Below, piece after piece: positions 1-10,739 of a DNA stretch of 43,307 bases. The translations under genes were made by a program, and so were the position numbers. A model generated the notes under the pieces. That model worked only from the letters and a program-made list of their open reading frames with translations, was not told where the DNA came from and made no database searches. Numbering within the stretch: position 1 is the first letter of the stretch; every line of letters begins with the position of its first letter. Source of the DNA: a bacterium (lineage in GTDB: Bacteria > Margulisbacteria > WOR-1 > O2-12-FULL-45-9 > XYB2-FULL-48-7); assembly GCA_043812655.1 (NCBI GenBank), contig JBDRLW010000004.1, forward strand, positions 1-43,307, read 5' to 3'.

Positions 1-2470
<2,470 letters not shown>

Positions 2471-2529
2471 ATTTCTCAATGCGAGAATCAATTCTTAATT
2501 TTTGGTTTACCTCTTTACTAATTAAACCA

Positions 2530-2548
2530 TATTCAGTTTTCAAAGATC
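2530..2548 (-). promoter_or_regulatory. rRNA leader boxA/processing-stalk-like motif GATCTTTGAAAACTGAATA
   Basis: Resembles the rrn leader/spacer boxA-type motif, about 60 nt upstream of 23S. A boxB-like hairpin aaacgcac-atca-gtgcgttt lies at 2591-2610. Confidence 0.65.
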
Positions 2549-2686
2549 CTTCTGCTTTTCCCACCGGGTCCGGCAGATTTACAAACAAAAAAACGCACAT
2601 CAGTGCGTTTCGTTAAATTCGCTTTTTGATGTGAACTCGATGTTAAGTAAAAATGTTAACTATAGGCATCAAGTTGAGTGTTTATA

Positions 2687-2716
2687 ATTATAAGGTAATT
2701 GGGTGAAGCTTGTCAA
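2687..2716 (-). promoter_or_regulatory. sigma70 promoter of the 23S rRNA gene
   Basis: Minus strand reads TTGACA-N18-TATAAT with perfect hexamers, about 215 nt upstream of the 23S 5' end. Confidence 0.8.
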
Positions 2717-2738
2717 GTAGTATTTATATCTTTATAAT
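2710..2738 (+). promoter_or_regulatory. sigma70 promoter of FAD oxidoreductase operon
   Basis: TTGTCA-N17-TATAAT ending 9 nt before GTG 2748. Confidence 0.6.
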
Positions 2739-2747
2739 GATGAAATA

Positions 2748-4274
2748 GTGCTGGTAAAAACTGACCAAGACATCATCAAAAGCTTTTTGGAAGACAGCTC
2801 CAATTTAACCGGCGGTTTTGCCGAGGCTGTCTACCTCCCGGAAACACCCGCTGATCTTGCCGAAGTTATCGCCGAATGCAACAGTAAAAAGAAGACCCCC
2901 TTAACCATTTCCGCCGGGCAAACCGGGACAACCGGCGGCTGCATCCCCTTTGGCGGCAAGATCATTTCAACCCAAAAACTAAATAAGATGATCTCGATCG
3001 ATAAAGAAGCCAGCTCTGCCATTGTCGAACCGGGGATAACGTTGGAAGAGATCGAAAAAGCAGTAGCCAAAGAAGGATTACTTTACCCCCCCGACCCGAC
3101 CGAAAAATCGGCCACGATCGGCGGCAATGTGGCGACGAACGCTGCTGGCGGCCGCTGTTATCGTTTTGGCTCCACCCGCAACTGGATCAGAAGGTTAAAG
3201 CTAGTTCTACCTAATGGCACCTTGCTTAATATCAAGCGCGGAATACTACATGCTAATAATAAAAATGAATTTGCCATGCCCAGCTTCAACTTCCCCATCC
3301 CACATTACACCATGCCTTTAACTAAGAACTCTGCTGGTTATTATAGTAAGCCTGGGATGGATCTGATCGACCTCTTTATCGGTTCGGAAGGAACGCTAGG
3401 AATAATTTCGGAAATTGAGATCGGGCTGGTCCCAACCATGCAGGAGACCTTTGACCTGGTCGTATTTTTCCCCAGCGAAGAGCAAGCCGTTGATTTTGTC
3501 CTGGACCACAAACAAACCAACAGACTAACAAACCAATGGCTCGACAAGCTCGCCATCTCAGCCATCCCGAGCTCTGTCGAGGGACCAACTACCCAACAAG
3601 CGATCAACTTTTACGAATTTTTTGACGAGAACACTTTGCAGATGCTTAAATCATCCTACCCCCTAATCCCTACCCCCTCAAAAGCGGCCGTTTACATTGA
3701 GCAGGAAATTTTTGCCGACAATGAAAAAGCCTATATGGACGACTGGTCACAGTTGATCGAAAAACATGGCGCGTCGCTGGAAACTTGCTGGCTAGCAGCT
3801 GACGATAAACAAAGAAAAGTCCTGCAGTCTTTCCGCCACGCTATCCCGGAACACATTAATGAGATCTTCAAACAACATCATCAAGTTAAACTTGCGACAG
3901 ATATCGCCGTCCCCGAAGGAAAGTTTAGGGAAATGTTTAACTTCTATAATGACGAATTACGAATTACGAATGAAGAATTAATGTATATTAAATTTGGGCA
4001 TATAGGGGAGAATCATTTGCATGTAAACCTAGTCGCTAAAAAAGAAGAATATTTTCCACTCGCCAAAGAGTTGATCATGAAATTCGTCCGCAAAGCGGTT
4101 GAACTAGGCGGCACTGTTTCCGCCGAGCATGGGATCGGGAAAATTAAACATTCATATCTAAAGGAGATGTATGGTAAAGCTGGGATAATAAACATGATTG
4201 AACTTAAAAAAACTTATGATCCGAATTGCATCCTAGGATTAGACAATTTATTCCCCCGCACGGCGCTTAGATGA
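2748..4274 (+). CDS. FAD-binding oxidoreductase (GlcD/D-lactate dehydrogenase-like, FAD_binding_4 + FAD-oxidase_C)
   Basis: Motifs YPPDP..ATIGGNVATNAAG, LFIGSEGTLGII, FGHIGENHLH and GGTVSAEHGIG. Confidence 0.9.
   Translation: MLVKTDQDIIKSFLEDSSNLTGGFAEAVYLPETPADLAEVIAECNSKKKTPLTISAGQTGTTGGCIPFGGKIISTQKLNKMISIDKEASSAIVEPGITLEEIEKAVAKEGLLYPPDPTEKSATIGGNVATNAAGGRCYRFGSTRNWIRRLKLVLPNGTLLNIKRGILHANNKNEFAMPSFNFPIPHYTMPLTKNSAGYYSKPGMDLIDLFIGSEGTLGIISEIEIGLVPTMQETFDLVVFFPSEEQAVDFVLDHKQTNRLTNQWLDKLAISAIPSSVEGPTTQQAINFYEFFDENTLQMLKSSYPLIPTPSKAAVYIEQEIFADNEKAYMDDWSQLIEKHGASLETCWLAADDKQRKVLQSFRHAIPEHINEIFKQHHQVKLATDIAVPEGKFREMFNFYNDELRITNEELMYIKFGHIGENHLHVNLVAKKEEYFPLAKELIMKFVRKAVELGGTVSAEHGIGKIKHSYLKEMYGKAGIINMIELKKTYDPNCILGLDNLFPRTALR
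3511..3599. repeat. In-frame palindromic (REP-like) insertion flanked by octamer-like repeats
   Basis: Inverted pair ctcgacaagctcg (3540-3552) / cgagctctgtcgag (3568-3581), with aacaaacc-aacagact-aacaaacc upstream. Confidence 0.7.
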
Positions 4275-4684
4275 AGCATTTAAAACGATTCCTTATGATC
4301 TTTATTCTATTCGACAATATTCTAACTAATTTAACCAAGAAGCTCTTTAAGACTAATTGGACGCTAACTGGAAAGTGCAAACAATGCGGGAATTGCTGCC
4401 GGGAAATATATTTAACCATGACCCCCGCTCAAACCAGAAGCAAACTATTCACGACAATTTCTGCCGCTTGGATCTCCTGGTTGTTTGATTTCATCCTTTT
4501 GCGGGTCGACCAGCCAAACCAATCGCTGGTTTTCACTTGTAAACACATCTCACCAGAAGGCAAATGCCAAAATTATTCCTGGCGGCCGAATGTGTGCAGA
4601 AATTATCCGTTGGTTGATTATTTTGAAGAGCCTAAATTTTTACCCGATTGCGGGTATAGTTGTCTCATAAGAGAAAGGAACTGA
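4271..4684 (+). CDS. YkgJ family (CxxCxxCC) cysteine-cluster protein
   Basis: CKQCGNCC, C.HI...GKC..Y..RP.VCR.YP; ATGA overlap with the upstream gene. Confidence 0.85.
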   Translation: MKHLKRFLMIFILFDNILTNLTKKLFKTNWTLTGKCKQCGNCCREIYLTMTPAQTRSKLFTTISAAWISWLFDFILLRVDQPNQSLVFTCKHISPEGKCQNYSWRPNVCRNYPLVDYFEEPKFLPDCGYSCLIRERN

Positions 4685-6600
4685 TCATCATCTCCTTTTG
4701 TTTTGGCGATCATTTTCATATTAATCTCATGCAATGCGTGTTTTGCTTCATCTCTAACATAGAAATCATGATCATCGCTAAGCACCTTTTTTAAAGTGGG
4801 GTGACTTAATGCAGAGCCAATTTTCCCTAATGCTTTTACGACCGCTACCCGGGTTTGGGAATCTTGTTTTGTGTCTGCTAGCACTCCTTCTAAAACTATT
4901 CTACTGGCATCGGAAGCAATAGAACCTAAAGCTATCGCCGTAGAAGTTCTTAGCGAACTAGAACCAAAAACACTATCATCTCTGTAATCAGCAAAGATTC
5001 TTTCTAAGGCTGGCACAGTTGATGCGGCCCCTGCTTGCCCTAAAATTTCTATTACTAAACGTTTAATATGCCATTTCTCATTCTGGTCTGCTAATCTTCC
5101 TTCAAAAACAGGCTGGCTTAATGAGAAATTAATTTTTTCTAACGCCATTGCGGCAGCAACCCTAACGGTAGAGGGTTCTTTTGGGTCGGCTAATATTCCC
5201 TCCAAAATAAGTCGGCTTGAATCGGCTCCAATTTTCCCCAGTGCCGCTATTATTGAACTTCTAACATGTATATCTTGTGTAGAATCGACAACCATTGTTT
5301 CCATAGTAGATAATGCCGAAGCTGAACCCATTGCCCCTAGTGCGTCCGCACAACGAATTCGATGATAAGCCTCTTGCTGCGGGTCTTGAGCAATAGATCT
5401 TAGCTTTTTCTCTCGATTGGTAAAATAGTCCTCAACTTCTTTTACCGTAGCATCATTTAAAGATTCGATTTTATCTTCTATTTCAGCTATTCTTTTACCT
5501 TCAAGATTAAGAAGGACAATGTAAACACCAAGTTTCCTATACCATAGATAAATCTCTTCTCGTTTTACTATCTTTTTACTTACCGCTCTTATCAGCGCCA
5601 ACCGAATATTTTTTTCGATCCTTTCGGCCACTTCATGCGCTTCCGTCCCAAACATACCAATTGAGAATACTTCCGGATATGAAGGGAAAGATTCTCCTCT
5701 AGAGGAAATACCATAGCCTCCTTCATAAAACGCTCGTTTTTCTGGGGAATCATTGCTGTTTCCCCCAACTGCAGAGGTATATCCGACACAATTCATTCGA
5801 TCCATTAATTCAGAAACGTAGGGAACAACGTGAAACAAAGAAAACATCCAATGGCCAATTTCTGCTTTGATTATGCTATCAACCGTTGAAAAGGACTCAA
5901 ATAAACTTATACAAGCAGTAGTTTTACTTCCACAGTGCCTTGGCTCGCTGGTTGAAAAATCGAAAGCATCAACATCCCTTACGTTTATTTTTTTCATTCC
6001 CACTCTTGACTCTATCAATCGCATTTCCAACCAGAGCGCTTTTCGATACTCATCTTTTACGGCTTCAGACATGTTTTTACAGCTTTCCGTATCAAAGGTT
6101 AATTGTTGAGCCCAAACAGTATATCTTCCATATTCTGCCTGTCCTGCTTGACCTGCTCGGGCTAACAATTCAAATTGTAATAAATCTGGTGGAGGTGGTT
6201 CGTCCGGCTGACGTACAAGGTGTAAATCGCGATAAAACGCCTCTCTCATCCCTTTAAAAGTTCCTTCTTCCACTCTCTCTATTTTTCCCCATTCACCGTA
6301 AAATAAACTCCAAGCGGTATCCGCGTTAACAATTCCAGCTACGACCATTTGCTTAATGCTATAAACTGTAAAGCTCAAATACGCACGCCTCAAAGGATTC
6401 AATGATTGAAGGCTATCTTCAGCTGGTAAAACTTCTTCAATATAATAATCAAGTCTGGAAGGAGAGACAGCATGGAAAGTTAGGGCATGAAGAATATTTC
6501 TCCGCGCTACACCATTAACCTCAATTAATGAATTCGGACCTCCCCGATAACCAGGCAGGCGATATTTGGTCATAAAATAAGGTCGAGTTCCTTCAATCAT
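4618..6600 (-). CDS. HEAT/PBS-lyase-like repeat protein with unrecognised N-terminal domain
   Basis: About seven C-terminal repeats of the type vR..aa.ALGkIg...s...Le..LaD. Start ATG 6600 chosen because AAGGAG precedes it. Confidence 0.8.
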   Translation of the reverse strand: MIEGTRPYFMTKYRLPGYRGGPNSLIEVNGVARRNILHALTFHAVSPSRLDYYIEEVLPAEDSLQSLNPLRRAYLSFTVYSIKQMVVAGIVNADTAWSLFYGEWGKIERVEEGTFKGMREAFYRDLHLVRQPDEPPPPDLLQFELLARAGQAGQAEYGRYTVWAQQLTFDTESCKNMSEAVKDEYRKALWLEMRLIESRVGMKKINVRDVDAFDFSTSEPRHCGSKTTACISLFESFSTVDSIIKAEIGHWMFSLFHVVPYVSELMDRMNCVGYTSAVGGNSNDSPEKRAFYEGGYGISSRGESFPSYPEVFSIGMFGTEAHEVAERIEKNIRLALIRAVSKKIVKREEIYLWYRKLGVYIVLLNLEGKRIAEIEDKIESLNDATVKEVEDYFTNREKKLRSIAQDPQQEAYHRIRCADALGAMGSASALSTMETMVVDSTQDIHVRSSIIAALGKIGADSSRLILEGILADPKEPSTVRVAAAMALEKINFSLSQPVFEGRLADQNEKWHIKRLVIEILGQAGAASTVPALERIFADYRDDSVFGSSSLRTSTAIALGSIASDASRIVLEGVLADTKQDSQTRVAVVKALGKIGSALSHPTLKKVLSDDHDFYVRDEAKHALHEINMKMIAKTKGDDDQFLSLMRQLYPQSGKNLGSSK

Positions 6601-6739
6601 ATGGGTCTCCTTTAGCAACAAATATACATCGCTTGGTCTTTATAATAATTTCAGTCAATTCTCGTCACTTTTAATTTTTTATAGGTGGCAAAATATTTGC
6701 TTTACCTTTTTCAGAAAAGATCTGGAGGAGGTGAGAAAG

Positions 6740-7096
6740 ATGAGAGGGATAAATAAAATTATTTTACTTGGTAGGCTAACAGCTGATCCCGAAGTCCGTT
6801 ATACCGGAAACGAAATGGCGGTCACAGGATTTTGCTTGGCAATCAATCGCGGCAAGCAGAAAGACGGGAGCGAAGCAGTTGATTTCATTAATTGCGTCGC
6901 TTTTGGGCCACTGGCTAAGATCTGCGGCGAATACCTGAAAAAAGGGAAACTGACCGCCGTTGAAGGGCGGCTCCAAGTCAGGAACTACGAGACCAAAGAT
7001 AAGCAAAAGAAAACCGCTACCGAAGTTATTGTCGACGAGATGCAAATGCTTGACTCGAAGCCAGCAAGCAAAGAAGTTGAATTAGTTAAAGTCTAA
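6740..7096 (+). CDS. ssb: Single-stranded DNA-binding protein (short form)
   Basis: NKIILLGRLTADPEVRY, DFINCVAFG, YLKKGK.TAVEGRLQ.R.Y; GGAGG RBS before ATG 6740. Confidence 0.93.
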   Translation: MRGINKIILLGRLTADPEVRYTGNEMAVTGFCLAINRGKQKDGSEAVDFINCVAFGPLAKICGEYLKKGKLTAVEGRLQVRNYETKDKQKKTATEVIVDEMQMLDSKPASKEVELVKV

Positions 7097-7109
7097 GCCT
7101 CGATTCTTA

Positions 7110-7147
7110 AGTCCCGGACAGCTCCCAGCTGTTCGGGACTTTTTTTT
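7110..7147 (+). terminator. Rho-independent terminator after ssb
   Basis: aagtcccggacagct-ccc-agctgttcgggact hairpin followed by a T-tract. Confidence 0.85.
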
Positions 7148-7194
7148 GTGATATAATTTCCCCATGCAAAAAAAGTGTCTCGCGACTTTTTTTA

Positions 7195-7815
7195 TTGGCC
7201 GATCTTGCCCTGGCCGCCAAACCAACGATCAATCTCCCTTCCCCCAAAACTAGCGGCGCCATTTCGGTCGAAGAAGCGATCACCAAAAGAAGATCGGAAC
7301 GCTCTTTCCAACCTAACAACCTGACCATGGCACAGATCTCCCAGCTCCTCTGGGCGGCCCAGGGAATTACGGAAAAGACTTGGGGGTTTAGGACCGTTCC
7401 ATCGGCCGGCGCCCTTTATCCTTTAACCTTATATCTTTTAAAAAGCGACGGGGTTTTCCAATATTTTCCAGATGGACATAAATTAGGGAAAATTTCAAGT
7501 GAAGACCGGCGGCCATCGCTGGTGCGGGCGTCTCTCGGACAAAATTATATCGGTGAAGCGCCGCTGGTCATCGTTATCGCCGGCAACTTCCGGATCACTG
7601 AAGCCAAGTACGGCCAGCGGGCATACCGCTACATTAATATGGAAGTCGGCCATGTCGCCGAAAATATCCACTTGCAAGCGGTCGCCATGGGCATGGTTTC
7701 AATGCCGATCGGTTCTTTTTGGGACGATGTTGTCGCCAAGATCCTAGAACTGCCAGACACACAAGACCCATATTACATCGTCCCTATCGGCTATCTTAAG
7801 TCAACAAATTCATAA
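7195..7815 (+). CDS. SagB/ThcOx-family nitroreductase-like protein (5' end possibly frameshifted; alternative start 7164)
   Basis: LPSP....SVEEAI.KRRS.R.F, QLLWAAQG, RTVPSAGALYP, EVGHVAENIHLQA. Confidence 0.88.
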   Translation: MADLALAAKPTINLPSPKTSGAISVEEAITKRRSERSFQPNNLTMAQISQLLWAAQGITEKTWGFRTVPSAGALYPLTLYLLKSDGVFQYFPDGHKLGKISSEDRRPSLVRASLGQNYIGEAPLVIVIAGNFRITEAKYGQRAYRYINMEVGHVAENIHLQAVAMGMVSMPIGSFWDDVVAKILELPDTQDPYYIVPIGYLKSTNS

Positions 7816-7816
7816 A

Positions 7817-8707
7817 ATGAAAAAACGCAAACTGGACCTTATCAGATTGCTTGCCATCCTTACTATTATTTGCGGGATCATCTATTTTTACGTGAATATT
7901 TTTCAGCCCCGGCTTATCCCCAACATCTTTCGGATCGGCGTTATTAACACGCCGATCAACATTTTGATCGTTGGGACAGACCTAAACTTTGACGCTGAAA
8001 CCGGTAAAAGACTAGTGAATACCGTGGGACGGACCGATTCCATTTTGCTGGCCAGGATAGACCCGATACGCTACAAGATCAATCTCCTTTCCATTCCCAG
8101 GGACAGTTTTGTCCCTATTCCCGGCCACAGAGAACAAAAGATCAATGCCGCGAATGTTTTTGGCGGAATAAAGCTATTAAAAGAAACCATCAAAGACCTG
8201 ACCGGTAAAGAGATCGATTATTATATCGAGATCGATCCTTACGCCGTAATAAAATTGGTTGACTTGATCGGCGGCGTTGATTACTACGTTGAAAAAGACA
8301 TGTATTACGTCGATAACGCGCAAAACCTGCACATCAACCTCAAGCAAGGCTGGCACAAGCTATCAGGCAAGGAAGCACAAGATTATATGAGGTTCCGGCA
8401 CGATATGTCCGGCGACATCGGCCGGATCGACCGCCAACAAAGATTTTTACAGGCGATCTTCCTTGATTTTGCCAAACCAAATAATATTATCAAAGCGCCG
8501 GTAGCGATCGGCCTGGCCGCGAAACAGGTCTCGACCGACCTGCCTTTGACCAAGATCATCCGCTTGGCTAATTTTGTCCGGATGCTTTCACCCACAGACA
8601 TCCATTCTTTTACCGCCGTTGGCAGTCCCGAAGAATCAAGCCAAGCCGGTTCGATCTTGCGCCTTGATCAAAAAGAGCTGGCAAAGATCGTGAGGGAGGT
8701 TTTTTAG
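7817..8707 (+). CDS. LCP (LytR-CpsA-Psr) family protein
   Basis: N-terminal TM; NILIVGTD, GRTDSILL, LLSIPRD, KINAA, MRFRH...GDIGRIDRQQ. Confidence 0.92.
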   Translation: MKKRKLDLIRLLAILTIICGIIYFYVNIFQPRLIPNIFRIGVINTPINILIVGTDLNFDAETGKRLVNTVGRTDSILLARIDPIRYKINLLSIPRDSFVPIPGHREQKINAANVFGGIKLLKETIKDLTGKEIDYYIEIDPYAVIKLVDLIGGVDYYVEKDMYYVDNAQNLHINLKQGWHKLSGKEAQDYMRFRHDMSGDIGRIDRQQRFLQAIFLDFAKPNNIIKAPVAIGLAAKQVSTDLPLTKIIRLANFVRMLSPTDIHSFTAVGSPEESSQAGSILRLDQKELAKIVREVF

Positions 8708-8708
8708 C

Positions 8709-8957
8709 GTGACCAAATATCCTTGGGAAACCTTAGCTTCACTTTTGGTCGTCGGCCTTGGCCAGATCATAAAAGGTCAAGGGCATAAAGGCTTGCGTTT
8801 TATTTTATTTTTTTACTTTACCCTCCCCTCGATCGTTTACCTGTCGCTCCTCCTTAACGCGACGCTTTTTTTCCTCTCTTTGGGAGCGGCGGTCTTGCTT
8901 GGGATCTTTATCTGGGGGTATAACATATGGGACGCGTACAATGAAGAAGTCGATTAA
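8709..8957 (+). CDS. Small membrane protein
   Basis: ASLLVVGLGQI..GQ..KG and IW.YNIWDAY pattern; hydrophobic; tightly packed in the operon. Confidence 0.7.
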   Translation: MTKYPWETLASLLVVGLGQIIKGQGHKGLRFILFFYFTLPSIVYLSLLLNATLFFLSLGAAVLLGIFIWGYNIWDAYNEEVD

Positions 8958-10074
8958 GGTCTTCAGCCTATTTGGCATACCGATCGAAATAAATTACACC
9001 TGGTTCATAATTTTCTCACTGGTGACTTTTACTTTGGCGCGCGGTTATTTTCCGGCCACCAACCCCAATTTACCGATTGTCCTTTATTGGCTCCTGGCTT
9101 TTACTTCATCTCTCCTCTTTTTCACGTCGCTTTTAGCCCATGAATTAGCCCATTCGCTGGTGGCCATTAGGAACAATTTACCGATCAAGGGGATCACTCT
9201 TTTTATCTTTGGCGGCGTCGCCCAATTGGAAGAAGAACCGGCCTCCCCGGCAGTTGAACTAAGGATGGCAATTGCCGGTCCAGCCATGAGCTTCTTCCTG
9301 TCGATCTTATTTTATTCTCTAACCGAATTTTTCTTTTATATTAGGCTTCCCAATTACATTATCTCCATCACTAACTATCTTTTCATCATCAACTTATTTG
9401 TCGGGATCTTTAACTTAGTCCCTGGTTTTCCGCTTGACGGCGGACGGGTCTTTCGCGCTCTCATCTGGCACTTTTCCCATGATCTGCGAAGAGCGACCGC
9501 GATCGCCAGTTTTTTTGGTAAAGTTATCGCTATTCTCTTAATGGCCATGGGATTAATTAATTTTTGGTCAAACTCATTCATTTCCGGCCTCTGGCTGATC
9601 TTTATCGGCCTTTTCCTGATGGAAGCCGCTGAAACCAGCTATCGCCAAGTAGCGATGAAAAAATTCTTGAGCGGCGTCAAAGTCGGCAGTTTAATGACTA
9701 AAAATATAGTCACGATCCCGCCAACCATTACGATCGACAAATTAGTTGAAGATTATTTTTTCCGGTTCCGTTTTTCTTCTTTTCCGGTCATGGAAGAAGA
9801 CCAGCTCATCGGCCTGGTGACACTGCACGACATAAAAGAATTGGGACGTGAAACCTGGCCCAACACGACCGCCAGGGAAATAATGGTCCCGCTTAACAGC
9901 AATATGATCATCAGCCAAGAAAGCGAATTATCTGACGCGCTGGCGGTGATGGCCAGCAATGGGCTGGGGCGCTTATTAGTGGTAGAAAACAATAAATTGG
10001 TCGGTCTTTTGTCGCAACGCGACGTTATCCAATATTTTGAGATCAAAGACCAGGTGGGAGGAAACGGAACCTGA
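8941..10074 (+). CDS. Site-2 protease (peptidase M50) with C-terminal CBS pair
   Basis: HELAH, IAGPA, FNLVPGFPLDGGR and two CBS domains; start ATG 8941. Confidence 0.92.
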   Translation: MKKSIKVFSLFGIPIEINYTWFIIFSLVTFTLARGYFPATNPNLPIVLYWLLAFTSSLLFFTSLLAHELAHSLVAIRNNLPIKGITLFIFGGVAQLEEEPASPAVELRMAIAGPAMSFFLSILFYSLTEFFFYIRLPNYIISITNYLFIINLFVGIFNLVPGFPLDGGRVFRALIWHFSHDLRRATAIASFFGKVIAILLMAMGLINFWSNSFISGLWLIFIGLFLMEAAETSYRQVAMKKFLSGVKVGSLMTKNIVTIPPTITIDKLVEDYFFRFRFSSFPVMEEDQLIGLVTLHDIKELGRETWPNTTAREIMVPLNSNMIISQESELSDALAVMASNGLGRLLVVENNKLVGLLSQRDVIQYFEIKDQVGGNGT

Positions 10075-10180
10075 GAATGAATTCTCGGTTCCTTGAGGGA
10101 AAACAGCAGAATTAATTCTGCTGTTTTAAAAATAACCGCGACTTTCAGCCTTGCCTGCCGGCAGGCAGGTCGCAGTTTCT
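10066..10180. repeat. Composite multi-hairpin repeat element with nested 21-bp palindrome
   Basis: ggaacc..ggttcc hairpin, 28-bp perfect palindrome at 10100-10127, and ccttgcctgccggcaggcagg at 10149-10169; related to 31660-31757. Confidence 0.75.
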
Positions 10181-10201
10181 GGAAATAACAGGAGTAAATG
10201 C

Positions 10202-10711
10202 ATGTCAAACATGATTCTAATGGTCATCGCCCCTAATTTATTCCGTGACGAAGAATATTTGGAACCAAGGAACGTTTTTACGGCCGCGGGCTTCAGCGTC
10301 GTCACCGCCGCCTCTAGGCTCGGAACAGCCAAAGGAAAATTAGGCGCAACAGTCAATGTCGACCACCTTTTAAAAAATGTTAAGTTAGAGAATTATAACG
10401 CGGTTATTTTTGTCGGCGGCCCCGGCTCTTACGACTACTTTACTGACAAAACAGCCCTAGATCTTGCCAGGGAAGCGATTAAACAAGAAAAAGTCTTGGG
10501 CGGGATCTGTGCCGGCGCGGCGATCTTGGCTAAAGCCGGAGTACTGAAAGGAAAACAAGCAACCTGTTTCTCCGGCGTAGCTGATATTTTAAAAGCAGAA
10601 GGGGCATATTACACCGGTAAAAATGTAGAACAAGACGGTAAGATCATCACCGCCGATGGCCCGCAGTCGGCCAGGAAATTCGGGGAAACGATCGTTAAAC
10701 TGTTAAAGTAA
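10202..10711 (+). CDS. DJ-1/PfpI family protein
   Basis: FRDEEY..P, AVIFVGGPG, GGICAG nucleophile elbow, DGKIITADGP; AGGAG before ATG 10202. Confidence 0.92.
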   Translation: MSNMILMVIAPNLFRDEEYLEPRNVFTAAGFSVVTAASRLGTAKGKLGATVNVDHLLKNVKLENYNAVIFVGGPGSYDYFTDKTALDLAREAIKQEKVLGGICAGAAILAKAGVLKGKQATCFSGVADILKAEGAYYTGKNVEQDGKIITADGPQSARKFGETIVKLLK

Positions 10712-10739
10712 GGTAAATTTACTCCACTTCTTCCCCTTT

